Sequence record: CP128686.1
DNA length: 64,000 bases
Origin: a plasmid
Direction: 5' to 3' (one strand)
Numbering within the stretch: the stretch's first letter is position 1; the number at the start of each line of letters is the position of its first letter. The notes under the pieces are model-generated. The model was not told the DNA's origin. It worked only from the letters and a program-made list of their open reading frames with translations, and did no database searches. A program made the position numbers and the translations under genes. Positions 30,922 through 41,227 of the stretch are shown here, piece after piece.

Positions 30922-31977
30922 ATGAGGGAGTTTCCTGTGAGACGACTTCCCGTTTTTTTTGTTCTGGACTGTTCTGAGTCCATGATTGGTGAAAACCTGA
31001 AAAGGATGAATGATGGCTTGCAGAAGATTGTGAGCGATCTGCGTAAGGACCCTCATGCTCTGGAGACTGTCTGGGTGTCAGTAATTGCCTTTGCCGGTAT
31101 TGCCAGAACGATTGTCCCGTTACATGACATTGTGTCTTTTTATCCCCCTCGCCTTCCTGTCGGTGGAGGAACTAACCTCGCGACTGCCTTACGGGAACTG
31201 ACAACACAAATAGATTCTCAGGTCCGAAAAACGACGCTGGAAGAAAAAGGTGACTGGAAGCCAGTTGTCTACTTACTTACTGACGGCCGACCGACAGATG
31301 ACATTTCAGCTGAGGTTAAGCGCTGGAACGAATTTTACGCAAAAAAAGTGAATATGATTGCTGTGGGGATCGGACCATCAGTTGATCTCAGTGTACTCAG
31401 GCAACTGACTGAAAACGTCTTATCGTTTACCGAAAATCAGGAAGGCGATTTTTCGCGGTTTATCCAGTGGATCACAGCTTCAGTCACAGCTCACAGTCGT
31501 AGTGTTGGCGAGGATTCTCAGCCGCCCCTGAAACAAACTGACTATATCGTCAAACTTGCCAAAGATGACACAGCCCGTGCATACGATGAAAACTGTGTGG
31601 TATTAACCGGGCGTTGCAGTAAAACCCGTCGACCCTATCTGATTAAGTATGAGCGTCCGCCAGCCAGGGTATCGGGCCTCGCTTTCGATCTAAACCTTAA
31701 CAGCTTTAACATTGCTGGTTGTTATCCTGTGGATGAAGATTACTTCTCATGGACGGATATGTCCGTAGCCGGGGCGCAGATAAACACCAGTGAACTCCAT
31801 GGCGTACCAGGGTGCCCACACTGCGGAAACAGTAGTGCTTTTGCGATGTGTACCTGCGGAAAACTTCTCTGTATTGATGGGCCTGATGATGTGAACTGCC
31901 CATGGTGTGGGAAAGGTTTGTCCTTTCAGAGCGAGGGTGGAAATTCAGATTTTAACGTTAGCAGAGGACGCGGCTAA
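30922..31977 (+). CDS. TerY-P component A: vWA protein with a C-terminal Cys4 zinc ribbon
   Basis: DCSESM MIDAS motif; CPHCG...CPWCG. Confidence 0.7.
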   Translation: MREFPVRRLPVFFVLDCSESMIGENLKRMNDGLQKIVSDLRKDPHALETVWVSVIAFAGIARTIVPLHDIVSFYPPRLPVGGGTNLATALRELTTQIDSQVRKTTLEEKGDWKPVVYLLTDGRPTDDISAEVKRWNEFYAKKVNMIAVGIGPSVDLSVLRQLTENVLSFTENQEGDFSRFIQWITASVTAHSRSVGEDSQPPLKQTDYIVKLAKDDTARAYDENCVVLTGRCSKTRRPYLIKYERPPARVSGLAFDLNLNSFNIAGCYPVDEDYFSWTDMSVAGAQINTSELHGVPGCPHCGNSSAFAMCTCGKLLCIDGPDDVNCPWCGKGLSFQSEGGNSDFNVSRGRG

Positions 31978-33710
31978 TGAGCGAGTTCATTACACCTGAA
32001 CATAAAATTATTGCTCTCATTCTGGAGGCATCAGGGGAACCGACTGATGCTGATAAAGTATTCTGTCTTGGTAACATACCTGATGTTGCCCTTGCTGTGC
32101 GGCAGCTGAGAGAAATGGTCATTCAACACTCTGCAAGCGAAGCCATACCGGCGGAGAACACTCAAACAGTTTCAGAACGTCTTACCCAGCCCTTTTCTGA
32201 CAATATCCTCCCACCTCAAAACGCTGGTGAAAGCGAAGCTGATCGACCTGAGATTGAACCCGTCCATGCCGCTACTGCACTTCAGGGAAATGATAAGCAG
32301 GAAGCGCATAGTGAAATGGTGGATGATAAAGTGTCAGAAGGCGTTCAGGGACACACTGAAGAAGTTCCTGATGAAGCCGGGGTCTTACAGACTGAGGCTT
32401 CCGTCACGGTGCAAACAGAAGACATGGATAAAACCAGTCCGGTTGTTTCTGACAAGCTTTCACCTGACACCGCACTCAGTGCTTTAAGGCCCGGGGAAGT
32501 ACCTCAGAGAGTGGAGAATAAAACATCCCCTGCCCCCGGAAAAGTGCCGGAGGTGTTTATCATGCTGCCAAATGCACGGGCGGGTGAACCCTACGATGTT
32601 CGACTGGAAATAGCGACTGATACAGGTGTTGAGGCAGAGATTACGGAGGTTAACTTCTCTCAGGACATAGGGCTGATATTTGATATCAATGAGCGACGCC
32701 TCCAGGGGACGCCAGGGCACAGCGGAGACTTTGAACTGACTGTGAAATGGTCATGCAGCTCACATCGTGATAATGAAAAAAAGTTACTTTTTGTCGTGAA
32801 CCCTGATCCGAAAAGTCTCTGGAAAGTGATTGACCCGCCTTCTGATGCACCATTCTACAAGAAGAGTATCGACCACCAGAGTGTCTGTCGGTCAGGTATT
32901 CATATTGCCGGAGCAAGCCGTCGTGGACGCTCCCATGAACATGTAGGCTCTTTTCGTGACGACGATTATTACCTCAACTTCAGTGATGTATCCGGATGGA
33001 GTGTATTACTGGTAGCTGATGGCGCGGGGAGCGCTAAATATTCCCGGGAAGGCTCCCGTATCGTTTCTGAAACTGTTGGTAACTATCTCTTCAACCAGTT
33101 CAAGACTGAAAAAGGTCTTGAGATCAAAAACAGGGTCCTTCGCTGGAACAGTGAGGATCAGCGAGCAGTATGGGAGTTTATGAACCACCACTTCCGACAG
33201 GCAGCGGTACTGGCCGTAAACAATATCAGCAGTGCCGCAATTTTGGCTGAAGATAAAGTAAAGTCATTCTCAACGACTTTACTCGCGACCGTCACTTTTC
33301 GCGACGGTGCTGATCTTTTTGCCGCGTCTTTCTGGTTAGGTGACGGTGCGATAGCTGCATATGGACCTGCTGGCAAAGTCAGAGTGCTTGGGACTCCGGA
33401 TAGCGGAGAGTATGCAGGTCAGACGCGTTTTCTGGATGCCGATGCCGTCAGTGATGCCGGATTCAGTAAACGTATCAGTATCGGTAAGTGGAACGACATA
33501 TCGCATCTGGTTCTGATGACGGATGGTGTTTCCGATCCCTGGTTTGAAACGGATAACGGGCTTCAGAATCCACAAAAATGGGACAGGCTGATGGCCGAGC
33601 TCTCTCCCCTACTCACAGACCCTGAACATGCCTCGGCACAACTGGTGGAGTGGCTTAACTTTTTCTCTCCGGGAAATCACGATGATCGCACAATCATTGT
33701 GCTCTGGTGA
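31977..33710 (+). CDS. TerY-P component B: PP2C-family Ser/Thr phosphatase with a long acidic N-terminal extension
   Basis: PP2C motifs (LLVADGAGS.., VLMTDGVSD). Confidence 0.7.
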   Translation: MSEFITPEHKIIALILEASGEPTDADKVFCLGNIPDVALAVRQLREMVIQHSASEAIPAENTQTVSERLTQPFSDNILPPQNAGESEADRPEIEPVHAATALQGNDKQEAHSEMVDDKVSEGVQGHTEEVPDEAGVLQTEASVTVQTEDMDKTSPVVSDKLSPDTALSALRPGEVPQRVENKTSPAPGKVPEVFIMLPNARAGEPYDVRLEIATDTGVEAEITEVNFSQDIGLIFDINERRLQGTPGHSGDFELTVKWSCSSHRDNEKKLLFVVNPDPKSLWKVIDPPSDAPFYKKSIDHQSVCRSGIHIAGASRRGRSHEHVGSFRDDDYYLNFSDVSGWSVLLVADGAGSAKYSREGSRIVSETVGNYLFNQFKTEKGLEIKNRVLRWNSEDQRAVWEFMNHHFRQAAVLAVNNISSAAILAEDKVKSFSTTLLATVTFRDGADLFAASFWLGDGAIAAYGPAGKVRVLGTPDSGEYAGQTRFLDADAVSDAGFSKRISIGKWNDISHLVLMTDGVSDPWFETDNGLQNPQKWDRLMAELSPLLTDPEHASAQLVEWLNFFSPGNHDDRTIIVLW

Positions 33711-33737
33711 AATTAATGCGATAGCAGGTGGCTATTC

Positions 33738-35237
33738 ATGGCAAATATAATTACATGCAAAACTAAGGATGGAAAAACCATTCAGTATGTCGATGAAGTC
33801 ATCGGCTCTGGCTCAATGAAAGACGTTTATTTTTCTCCGGATAAATCATATGTCGTAGCCTTCTACCATAAACCTCAGAATGAACAGGCCCGGGAACGTA
33901 TCAACATGATCACCGGGAGGTACCGGCAGAATATTTTTGAGCAGACGGGTGGCGATTACTGGAAAGGGCTCTTCTGCTGGCCCACTGATGTGGTTGAGCA
34001 CGCTGATAAGGTGGGTATTGTTGTACCTGCTTATCAGCAGCATTTCTTCTTCCGATATGGTTCCAAAAACAATGATTTCCTCGGGATCAAAGGACGAGAA
34101 AAGGAAGGGAAATGGTTTGCCAGCGCGAACAATCAGAATAAATTTCTCGATCCGCGTGAACGTGGCAATACGCTTAACTATCTGAAGGTCTGCATCCTTC
34201 TAACGCGTGCAGTCAGACGAATGCATGCTGCGGGCTTGTGTCATAGTGACCTGAGTTATAAAAATGTGCTGATAGATCCGGAACTAGGCCACGCATGCAT
34301 TATTGATGTTGATGGGCTGGTGGTTCCGGGAAAATATCCTCCAGACGTGGTTGGTACACCTGATTTTATTGCCCCGGAAGTGGTGAAGACAAGCCATCTC
34401 CCCAAAGACGATCCCCGCCGCGTATTGCCGAGTATCGCTACCGACCGGCATGCACTTTCGGTACTCATTTACATGTACCTTCTTTTCCGGCACCCGTTAC
34501 GGGGAGGAAAAATTCACGATATCGATGATGAGGTCAGGGATGAGGCGCTTTCCATGGGAGAGCGGGCACTTTTTATCGAACACCCGACTGACAGAAGCAA
34601 TGCAGTAAAAGTTAATCAGGTCTCATCGTTTTCGCTCCCGTGGGCAGATCCTCAGAAAATCCCGTACACCATTATGGGGCCCTACCTGAAACCTCTCTTC
34701 GACCGGGCTTTTATTGACGGGTTGCATGATCCGTCGAAGCGCCCGACAGCCGATGAATGGGAGAGCGCCCTGGTAAAAACCGTCGATCTCATCCAGCCAT
34801 GCCAGAACAAGGATTGTGACCAGAAATGGTACGTTTTCAATGGCAAGACGAAACCCGTTTGTCCCTACTGCGGTACACCCTACAAAGGCAAACTCCCCAT
34901 CCTGAATCTGTATTCGTCGAGAAAGGCTGGAACTTTCAGGCCAGATGATCACCGGCTTATGGTGTGGAGCGGTCAGTCATTATATGCATGGCACGTCAAC
35001 CGACTGATTGCTCCTAACGAACGAACCACCGATGAGCAGAAGAAAAGGGTTGGATATTTCGTCTTCCATAATGACCAGTGGTGGCTGGTTAACGAGGGGC
35101 TTAGCGGGCTCATATTACTTCCCGATCGGAAAAAGGTCGGCATTGGTGAAAAGTTGCTGCTGGAGGACAACACCCAGTTCATCCTTTCTTCAGAGGATGG
35201 TGGGCGATTGGTGGTGGTTCAGCTTTTGAATAATTAG
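33738..35237 (+). CDS. TerY-P component C: Ser/Thr protein kinase with a C-terminal zinc ribbon
   Basis: Catalytic loop HSDLSYKNVLID, DVDG, APE motif. Confidence 0.7.
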   Translation: MANIITCKTKDGKTIQYVDEVIGSGSMKDVYFSPDKSYVVAFYHKPQNEQARERINMITGRYRQNIFEQTGGDYWKGLFCWPTDVVEHADKVGIVVPAYQQHFFFRYGSKNNDFLGIKGREKEGKWFASANNQNKFLDPRERGNTLNYLKVCILLTRAVRRMHAAGLCHSDLSYKNVLIDPELGHACIIDVDGLVVPGKYPPDVVGTPDFIAPEVVKTSHLPKDDPRRVLPSIATDRHALSVLIYMYLLFRHPLRGGKIHDIDDEVRDEALSMGERALFIEHPTDRSNAVKVNQVSSFSLPWADPQKIPYTIMGPYLKPLFDRAFIDGLHDPSKRPTADEWESALVKTVDLIQPCQNKDCDQKWYVFNGKTKPVCPYCGTPYKGKLPILNLYSSRKAGTFRPDDHRLMVWSGQSLYAWHVNRLIAPNERTTDEQKKRVGYFVFHNDQWWLVNEGLSGLILLPDRKKVGIGEKLLLEDNTQFILSSEDGGRLVVVQLLNN

Positions 35238-35368
35238 ATATATTCTCGACAATTGATATCATAACGTTAATATAAGCCCACCTTTTGGTGGGCCATAAAT
35301 TTCACGGATAAAACATTGCGGCTTTACTGTTTCTTCAAATTAAGTAAGCCTCATGTTCAGTCTTGTCA

Positions 35369-36016
35369 TTAGATATCGTTAATAATATTACCTTCAATGA
35401 AGGTCTTTCTTGCTATGTTACCTACAATATTGGTTGAAACCCCATCAAAAGTTCCACCAATAACTCCGCCTACAAGTGGGATCATTTTACCTAAGTTAAT
35501 AGCACCTTTTTCACCAAACTTAGTGAGGAGTCTGAAACCTACACGCTTATTGATAGCTGTTATTGTTTCTCTTGAAATGTTCTTAATTAACTGTGTGGAT
35601 AGTTTTGAACCAATGACAATCCCTGTGCCCTTAAGAATGTCTTTTGCAGCATTACCAGCCAGGCAAGAATAAACAAGTGCTTTTACACGATCGTCCTTTA
35701 CGTCATAACCACCCATGATGGCAATTGTTGTTATCATACTAATCTGGACATACATCACTGTCGCGATACTTGCTGGAATTGATACAGGTAGAGTAATAAT
35801 ACCTCCAAGTCCGGACACAAATCCGGTAGTGGCAGATTTTGTATTTTGCCATCTAATGAGGGAATTGACCTTTTTTGTTAGGTCCCCTTCACCCTTCAGG
35901 TAGTTTTCAGCCATCTCATAAGAAGAGTTTGTTCCCGGAATGGTTCCATCCAGTGCTTTATCGTAGGCCCAGTTGAGAGCCTGCATGATTTTTCCTTCAT
36001 TAAGTTTGCTTGCCAT
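35369..36016 (-). CDS. EcsC-family protein
   Basis: EcsC-like Gly-rich C-terminal half. Confidence 0.5.
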   Translation of the reverse strand: MASKLNEGKIMQALNWAYDKALDGTIPGTNSSYEMAENYLKGEGDLTKKVNSLIRWQNTKSATTGFVSGLGGIITLPVSIPASIATVMYVQISMITTIAIMGGYDVKDDRVKALVYSCLAGNAAKDILKGTGIVIGSKLSTQLIKNISRETITAINKRVGFRLLTKFGEKGAINLGKMIPLVGGVIGGTFDGVSTNIVGNIARKTFIEGNIINDI

Positions 36017-36042
36017 GTTATCATCCTGTTAATATATTGTTA

Positions 36043-36804
36043 TCACATTTTTAGGCGTGGAAGATCCAATTTATAAAGATCTGATTGTATTATATTTGTG
36101 GTGACACCCATGCCCTGAATTTCCGCCCGAAGATTTAAAAAATCTGAACTTGATAAACGTGGGTCAAGGCAGATTTCCTCAAAAAGCTCCTCAGGAGTTA
36201 TGTTTATTTTATATAGCCCCCCCCTCCCATGTTTATGACCTATATCATCGACAATCAGTCTGATTTCATTTTCATGGGAAAAGGCAGTTCTTTTTGTACA
36301 TAATACCTCCGCGAACTGGGTGTTTTGCCCGCCGAGGATGAATTCAGAAAATGTGGTTGAATTCATGAATTCAATTATCTCTTCTTTATCTTTATAATTA
36401 ACCTTTCCAATAAAATATTTTAGACTGCAATTTGTGTCAGAAGTGTCATATAAGGTCAAGAATAGTTTTCGAATGGTTGTTTTTACTCTAACACCCCGTT
36501 TTTCTGGGCTGTATATTCTCCACATTGCATCAGTGTCTTCGTTTTCAGTCCAGCACTGACCATACCACGAATTACAAAGGCTTTCCAAAGACCCGAATTC
36601 GCCATCATCAGAAACCACTTCAGTTTTAAGAAAGAAGTTTTCATATGGATCATCCCACATAGAAGGTTGAACCAATACCAGTTGATTTGTAGTAATTAGT
36701 TCGATAAAACGTTCGTAACTAAATATCCTATAGACAGGAGTGTCAATATTATTAATATTTATTGCGTTTTTAATGAATTTTTCTAGATCATTGGTCATTA
36801 ACAC
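36043..36804 (-). CDS. DUF2971-like hypothetical protein, low-GC
   Basis: ORF track; composition; weak family resemblance. Confidence 0.35.
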   Translation of the reverse strand: MLMTNDLEKFIKNAININNIDTPVYRIFSYERFIELITTNQLVLVQPSMWDDPYENFFLKTEVVSDDGEFGSLESLCNSWYGQCWTENEDTDAMWRIYSPEKRGVRVKTTIRKLFLTLYDTSDTNCSLKYFIGKVNYKDKEEIIEFMNSTTFSEFILGGQNTQFAEVLCTKRTAFSHENEIRLIVDDIGHKHGRGGLYKINITPEELFEEICLDPRLSSSDFLNLRAEIQGMGVTTNIIQSDLYKLDLPRLKM

Positions 36805-36898
36805 TATCCTTTTAGTTGTTATTTCTGTCTATATCTTCAGGGTGACTTAGAAATGCTTTGTGTACAATTATAAAGCTTCTCATCTTTACCCAGACTCG

Positions 36899-37291
36899 TT
36901 ACGTTATAATTAACAAGGAGCGATACTGTTTGCTCATATATTTTTTTTGGGTTTCTGTTACCGGATATTCAATTATATATGTATAAATCATAACATTACG
37001 ATTGTTTTCTGTCGTATTAATCGCCCTTATAGGAGGTATACTAATATTTGTAACCTGAAGACCTCGAACTGTCCGGTTGTGTTGCGCCGACAGGCCCATC
37101 CCCTGAGCGACAGGAACACCGTCCTTTACCACAAAATACTGAATGGTATTTTCATCTCCTCCGGTATCGAGGATCGTTGTTGTGTAACCTCCTTCACAAC
37201 TTGCAACTGCTTTTGTTAAATGTTCAGCCGCGAACACTGACTGGAATTTGCAGGAAAGTAAAACAACAACTATCGCGAGTTTTCTTTTCAT
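36899..37291 (-). CDS. Small secreted or periplasmic protein of 130 aa with a signal peptide
   Basis: N-terminal MKRKLAIVVVLLSCKFQSVFA. Confidence 0.45.
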   Translation of the reverse strand: MKRKLAIVVVLLSCKFQSVFAAEHLTKAVASCEGGYTTTILDTGGDENTIQYFVVKDGVPVAQGMGLSAQHNRTVRGLQVTNISIPPIRAINTTENNRNVMIYTYIIEYPVTETQKKYMSKQYRSLLIIT

Positions 37292-37395
37292 TCCGTTCTC
37301 TTAATGATTGTTTTTCATTGAAAATCGTCAAAAAATCGTTGATTTTAATGAGACAAAGCCTTGCTGCAAAGAAAAGTGTGTTGGATACAATGGTA

Positions 37396-37869
37396 TCATT
37401 CCAGGCTGTCGATCACTTCCCCCCATTTTTCTGCGTTGTTGAAACTCCCGCTCGATATACAGTTGTTGTGATAGTGGACTGCATATTTGACTCGCAAATT
37501 CTTAATCATCTCAGCATGTGCTGTACAAAAAACAAGATAGACAATAGCAACGATGACCTGCTCTGGGCCAGTTCCAAGATGAGCTATTGCTTTTCTGAAT
37601 GAGGGGGCTACATCTTCAAGAAGGTATGTGACGCCAGGGTTCTTCCTGCCCACATATGAGTTTTCTGACCTACGACCTTCATACTCCATCTCAAACAGAC
37701 GGAAAGGAAGATTACCCAACACCCCACGAGCCGAATGATTAAACGCAGACGCGCGATCGTAAAATTCAATGACAAACCAGTAAACATCTTGCTCGGTGGG
37801 GAGCTTACTTCCCAACTGTCGGGCCAGTTGTGCCGCCAAATCCATTGTCTGATCATCTGTCTCAGGCAA
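37396..37869 (-). CDS. Hypothetical protein. Its start abuts the IS903B at 37891.
   Basis: ORF track. Confidence 0.35.
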   Translation of the reverse strand: MPETDDQTMDLAAQLARQLGSKLPTEQDVYWFVIEFYDRASAFNHSARGVLGNLPFRLFEMEYEGRRSENSYVGRKNPGVTYLLEDVAPSFRKAIAHLGTGPEQVIVAIVYLVFCTAHAEMIKNLRVKYAVHYHNNCISSGSFNNAEKWGEVIDSLE

Positions 37870-37890
37870 TTTTGTTTTGACGCCACCAAT

Positions 37891-38945
37891 GGCTTTGTTG
37901 AATAAATCGAACTTTTGCTGAGTTGAAGGATCAGATCACGCATCCTCCCGACAACTCAGACCATTCCGTGGCAAAGCAAAAGTTCAGAATCACCAACTGG
38001 TCCACTTACAACAAAGCTCTCATCAACCGTGGCTCCCTCACTTTCTGGCTGGATGATGAGGCGATTCAGGCCTGGTATGAGTCGGCAACGCCTTCATCAC
38101 GAGGAAGGCCCCAGCGCTATTCTGATCTCGCCATCACCACCGTTCTGGTGATTAAACGCGTATTCCGGCTGACCCTGCGGGCTGCGCAGGGTTTTATTGA
38201 TTCCATTTTTGCCCTGATGAACGTTCCGTTGCGCTGCCCGGATTACACCAGTGTCAGTAAGCGGGCAAAGTCGGTTAATGTCAGTTTCAAAACGTCCACC
38301 CGGGGTGAAATCGCACACCTGGTGATTGATTCCACCGGGCTGAAGGTCTTTGGTGAAGGCGAATGGAAAGTCAGAAAGCACGGCAAAGAGCGCCGTCGTA
38401 TCTGGCGAAAGTTGCATCTTGCTGTTGACAGCAACACACATGAAGTTGTCTGTGCAGACCTGTCGCTGAATAACGTCACGGACTCAGAAGCCTTCCCGGG
38501 CCTTATCCGGCAGACTCACAGAAAAATCAGGGCAGCCGCGGCAGACGGGGCTTACGATACACGGCTTTGTCACGATGAAATGCGCCGCAAAAAAATCAGC
38601 GCGCTTATTCCTCCCCGAAAAGGAGCAGGTTACTGGCCCGGTGAGTACGCAGACCGCAACCGTGCCGTTGCTAATCAGCGGCTGAGCGGAAGCAATGCAC
38701 GGTGGAAATGGACAACGGAATATAACCGTCGCTCGATAGCGGAAACGGCAATGTACAGAATGAAGCAGTTGTTGGGAGATTCACTGACGCTGCGTGACTA
38801 CGATGGTCAGGTAGCGGAAGCTATGGCCATGGTGCGTGCGTTGAACAGGATGACAAAGGCTGGGATGCCAGAAAGCGTGCGTATTGCCTGAAAATCCAGC
38901 CAGCTACAGGGTCGTTCGCACGAAATCTTATTTATTCAACAAAGC
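37891..38945 (+). mobile_element. IS903B second copy, identical and in the same orientation, with 9-bp duplication GCCACCAAT
   Basis: IRs and duplication seen. Confidence 0.9.
37923..38891 (+). CDS. IS903B transposase
   Basis: ORF track. Confidence 0.9.
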   Translation: MKDQITHPPDNSDHSVAKQKFRITNWSTYNKALINRGSLTFWLDDEAIQAWYESATPSSRGRPQRYSDLAITTVLVIKRVFRLTLRAAQGFIDSIFALMNVPLRCPDYTSVSKRAKSVNVSFKTSTRGEIAHLVIDSTGLKVFGEGEWKVRKHGKERRRIWRKLHLAVDSNTHEVVCADLSLNNVTDSEAFPGLIRQTHRKIRAAAADGAYDTRLCHDEMRRKKISALIPPRKGAGYWPGEYADRNRAVANQRLSGSNARWKWTTEYNRRSIAETAMYRMKQLLGDSLTLRDYDGQVAEAMAMVRALNRMTKAGMPESVRIA

Positions 38946-39365
38946 CGCCACCAATCACAAACTCATTTTTATTCAAACCAAACCAACTTCCTATACCCAT
39001 GTTGCCCCCTCAATAATGTCTTAAGATAAATGTATCAGATCTATTTTTCTGCCTACCTACCATAGTCGGTATCCTTGTGGATACCGAGGGAAAAGGTTCA
39101 AGCGCTCGGTACCTGGAGAATGGCTGAAATAAGCATTTTAAATGGTCTAAAACGGGTGCTGGTTACTTCAGAGTTAACATCCCCTCAAATCAGCATTATC
39201 CTTGAATAAAACGAGGGCCGCTAGTTAATCCGCCTGGAAGTATTGCTGTACTGGCTAGTGTTGTCAATGAGCAGGGTTAATGTCCCTGGTTGCGATTTGC
39301 AACCTCCAGATTCTTCAATGAACGTCTTTTAGCGTGCTATGTCGTTCACGTCTTACAAAGTTTAG

Positions 39366-39821
39366 TTGGATGGTAAACACAAGAGTGGGTGTATACTCCC
39401 CTATCAATATCTGGCTCACTTAAAGGTTAAGCGTCAACCCATGGGAAGATTGTCTAATGCATTACTCATTTCGCTTATGTACACAGCACTAGCGATTATT
39501 CTTGATGCAGTTAGCATCTACTATTTCAAGCTGAACGCCCCCGTAACTGTCGTAATTACGACGTTTTTGGCGGTATTCGGTTTAACGTTCGAATACCTGC
39601 ATGCGACAAAGAGATCAGAGCTGCGATTCGCTGAGAGACGTAAATTACAGGTGGAGTGCGCGAAATTTTCCATGATGTGGGATGTACTAGATTCGGACAC
39701 GAAACTACGTTTTTACAAAAAAGTCGATGGAAATAGTGAATCCAGTGAGTTTAACCACAGATACCAGCTATTGCAGAACGAAATTCGATATTGGGAAAAA
39801 GAAATAGAACGGCTACGTTAA
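39366..39821 (+). CDS. Small membrane protein with two TM segments and a coiled-coil tail
   Basis: Hydrophobic segments. Confidence 0.35.
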   Translation: MDGKHKSGCILPYQYLAHLKVKRQPMGRLSNALLISLMYTALAIILDAVSIYYFKLNAPVTVVITTFLAVFGLTFEYLHATKRSELRFAERRKLQVECAKFSMMWDVLDSDTKLRFYKKVDGNSESSEFNHRYQLLQNEIRYWEKEIERLR

Positions 39822-40034
39822 TCAGATCAAGAGTGACAGGGGCTCGCCTGACACTAAGCCCATCTCTTCTTTAACGTTGATAATGTCCCACTCCATGCAG
39901 TGTAGAGGAAAATGCATAGATAACTTCAACGATTCACTTCTCAACAGCACACCGTGGACTCCGAGTCGCACCAGAAACGTCCGATCGTAAGAGACTGTTG
40001 GCCGTTCACGTACATACTCACCACAGAAAACCAT

Positions 40035-40517
40035 TCAGACTTTTATCGGGAATAACAATGTCAGCGTGTTGACTATGGAAGGCTCAAAGCCAAAACGGGT
40101 GTAAAAACATTTAACTTCTTCATTCAGCGCATGCACGGCCAGTGCTCTCACCCCGACCTGAAAGGCTATGTTTTGCGTACGGTATATAGCATCCTTAAGA
40201 AGTGCGGCACCAAGCCCATTTCCGGCCCAGGCCTGGTCGATGGCAAGCCGTCCCAAAACAATGACTGGAATGACATCAGGCGCGTTGCGTCTATAGGCCC
40301 CAGGCACTGTGTTACGGTGGACGCTACCCGAAGATAAACAATAATAACCGATGACCCGGTTAGTGTTTTCTGCGCAGACGACATAGACACGGGAAATGCC
40401 GGTACTGTGGTTTCTGAGAGCCTTCTTCTTTAACCACTCATTAAGGGCAGGCTCCTGGCAGCAGAACTCAGCGATGTTATGTTCAGACATCAGGGATTCA
40501 GGCGCTCTCATTCCCAT
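40035..40517 (-). CDS. GNAT-family N-acetyltransferase toxin (TacT/KacT/AtaT-like)
   Basis: GNAT motifs; 10-nt overlap with the upstream DUF1778 antitoxin. Confidence 0.7.
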   Translation of the reverse strand: MGMRAPESLMSEHNIAEFCCQEPALNEWLKKKALRNHSTGISRVYVVCAENTNRVIGYYCLSSGSVHRNTVPGAYRRNAPDVIPVIVLGRLAIDQAWAGNGLGAALLKDAIYRTQNIAFQVGVRALAVHALNEEVKCFYTRFGFEPSIVNTLTLLFPIKV

Positions 40518-40789
40518 GGTGATTTGCGGTTCATCAGGTTATCGATTCGCGCCTGGCGCTCCGGTGTTATTGGGGCGTCAAGCTCTTCAATAAACGCCTC
40601 AAACTGATTGTCATTGAGGAGGAACAGGCGTTGATCAAGCAGAATGTCCTGTGCCTCCCTGCAGGCAACCTCAAGCATAAAATCAGTCCGTGATTTTGAG
40701 ACCAGGCTTGCGGCCATGTCGATCAGGTCACGCTGTGATGTTTTGGCCCGGATATTAATCGGAGCTTCACGAACGTCTGGTTTCATAGA
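40508..40789 (-). CDS. DUF1778 (RHH) antitoxin of the TacA/KacA type
   Basis: MKPDVREAPINIRAKTSQRDLID.. pattern. Confidence 0.65.
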   Translation of the reverse strand, partial: SMKPDVREAPINIRAKTSQRDLIDMAASLVSKSRTDFMLEVACREAQDILLDQRLFLLNDNQFEAFIEELDAPITPERQARIDNLMNRKSPWE

Positions 40790-40907
40790 TACCTCATGTG
40801 TAGCAGATTTATACACGATTATAGCCTTTGTATATAGAAACGCTATACAAATCTGGCACACTTTCGTCGATCAGAAACACGAGCCGCGTTGTATCATCAT
40901 GCATCTT

Positions 40908-41120
40908 TCAGGACTTATAAAGTTGTATCCAGCTGATAATTTCATCAAGCTGCTGGTTGTCCAGTTGGCCGCAGTTTTCAAACACCGCTGCAGCTACGAT
41001 ACCCTGCATTCTCTCGGTTGACGAACCTACACCAGCAACCGCTCCCATTCCCTGTCTTCCATCATCTGTCAGCACTCCTCTGCCGCTGCCGGTAAGAAAC
41101 TGCTTCGCTTCGATGCTCAT
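40908..41120 (-). CDS. Hypothetical 70-aa protein
   Basis: ORF track. Confidence 0.25.
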   Translation of the reverse strand: MSIEAKQFLTGSGRGVLTDDGRQGMGAVAGVGSSTERMQGIVAAAVFENCGQLDNQQLDEIISWIQLYKS

Positions 41121-41227
41121 TTATTTTCTCCATAACATAGTAGGTGTTAATTCTGTTAAAGCGCTCGCCCCTCAGGCCAGTTCGCCACTTTCGGTGATAA
41201 GCGTGAGAACAAGCCGGGTATTCACAC

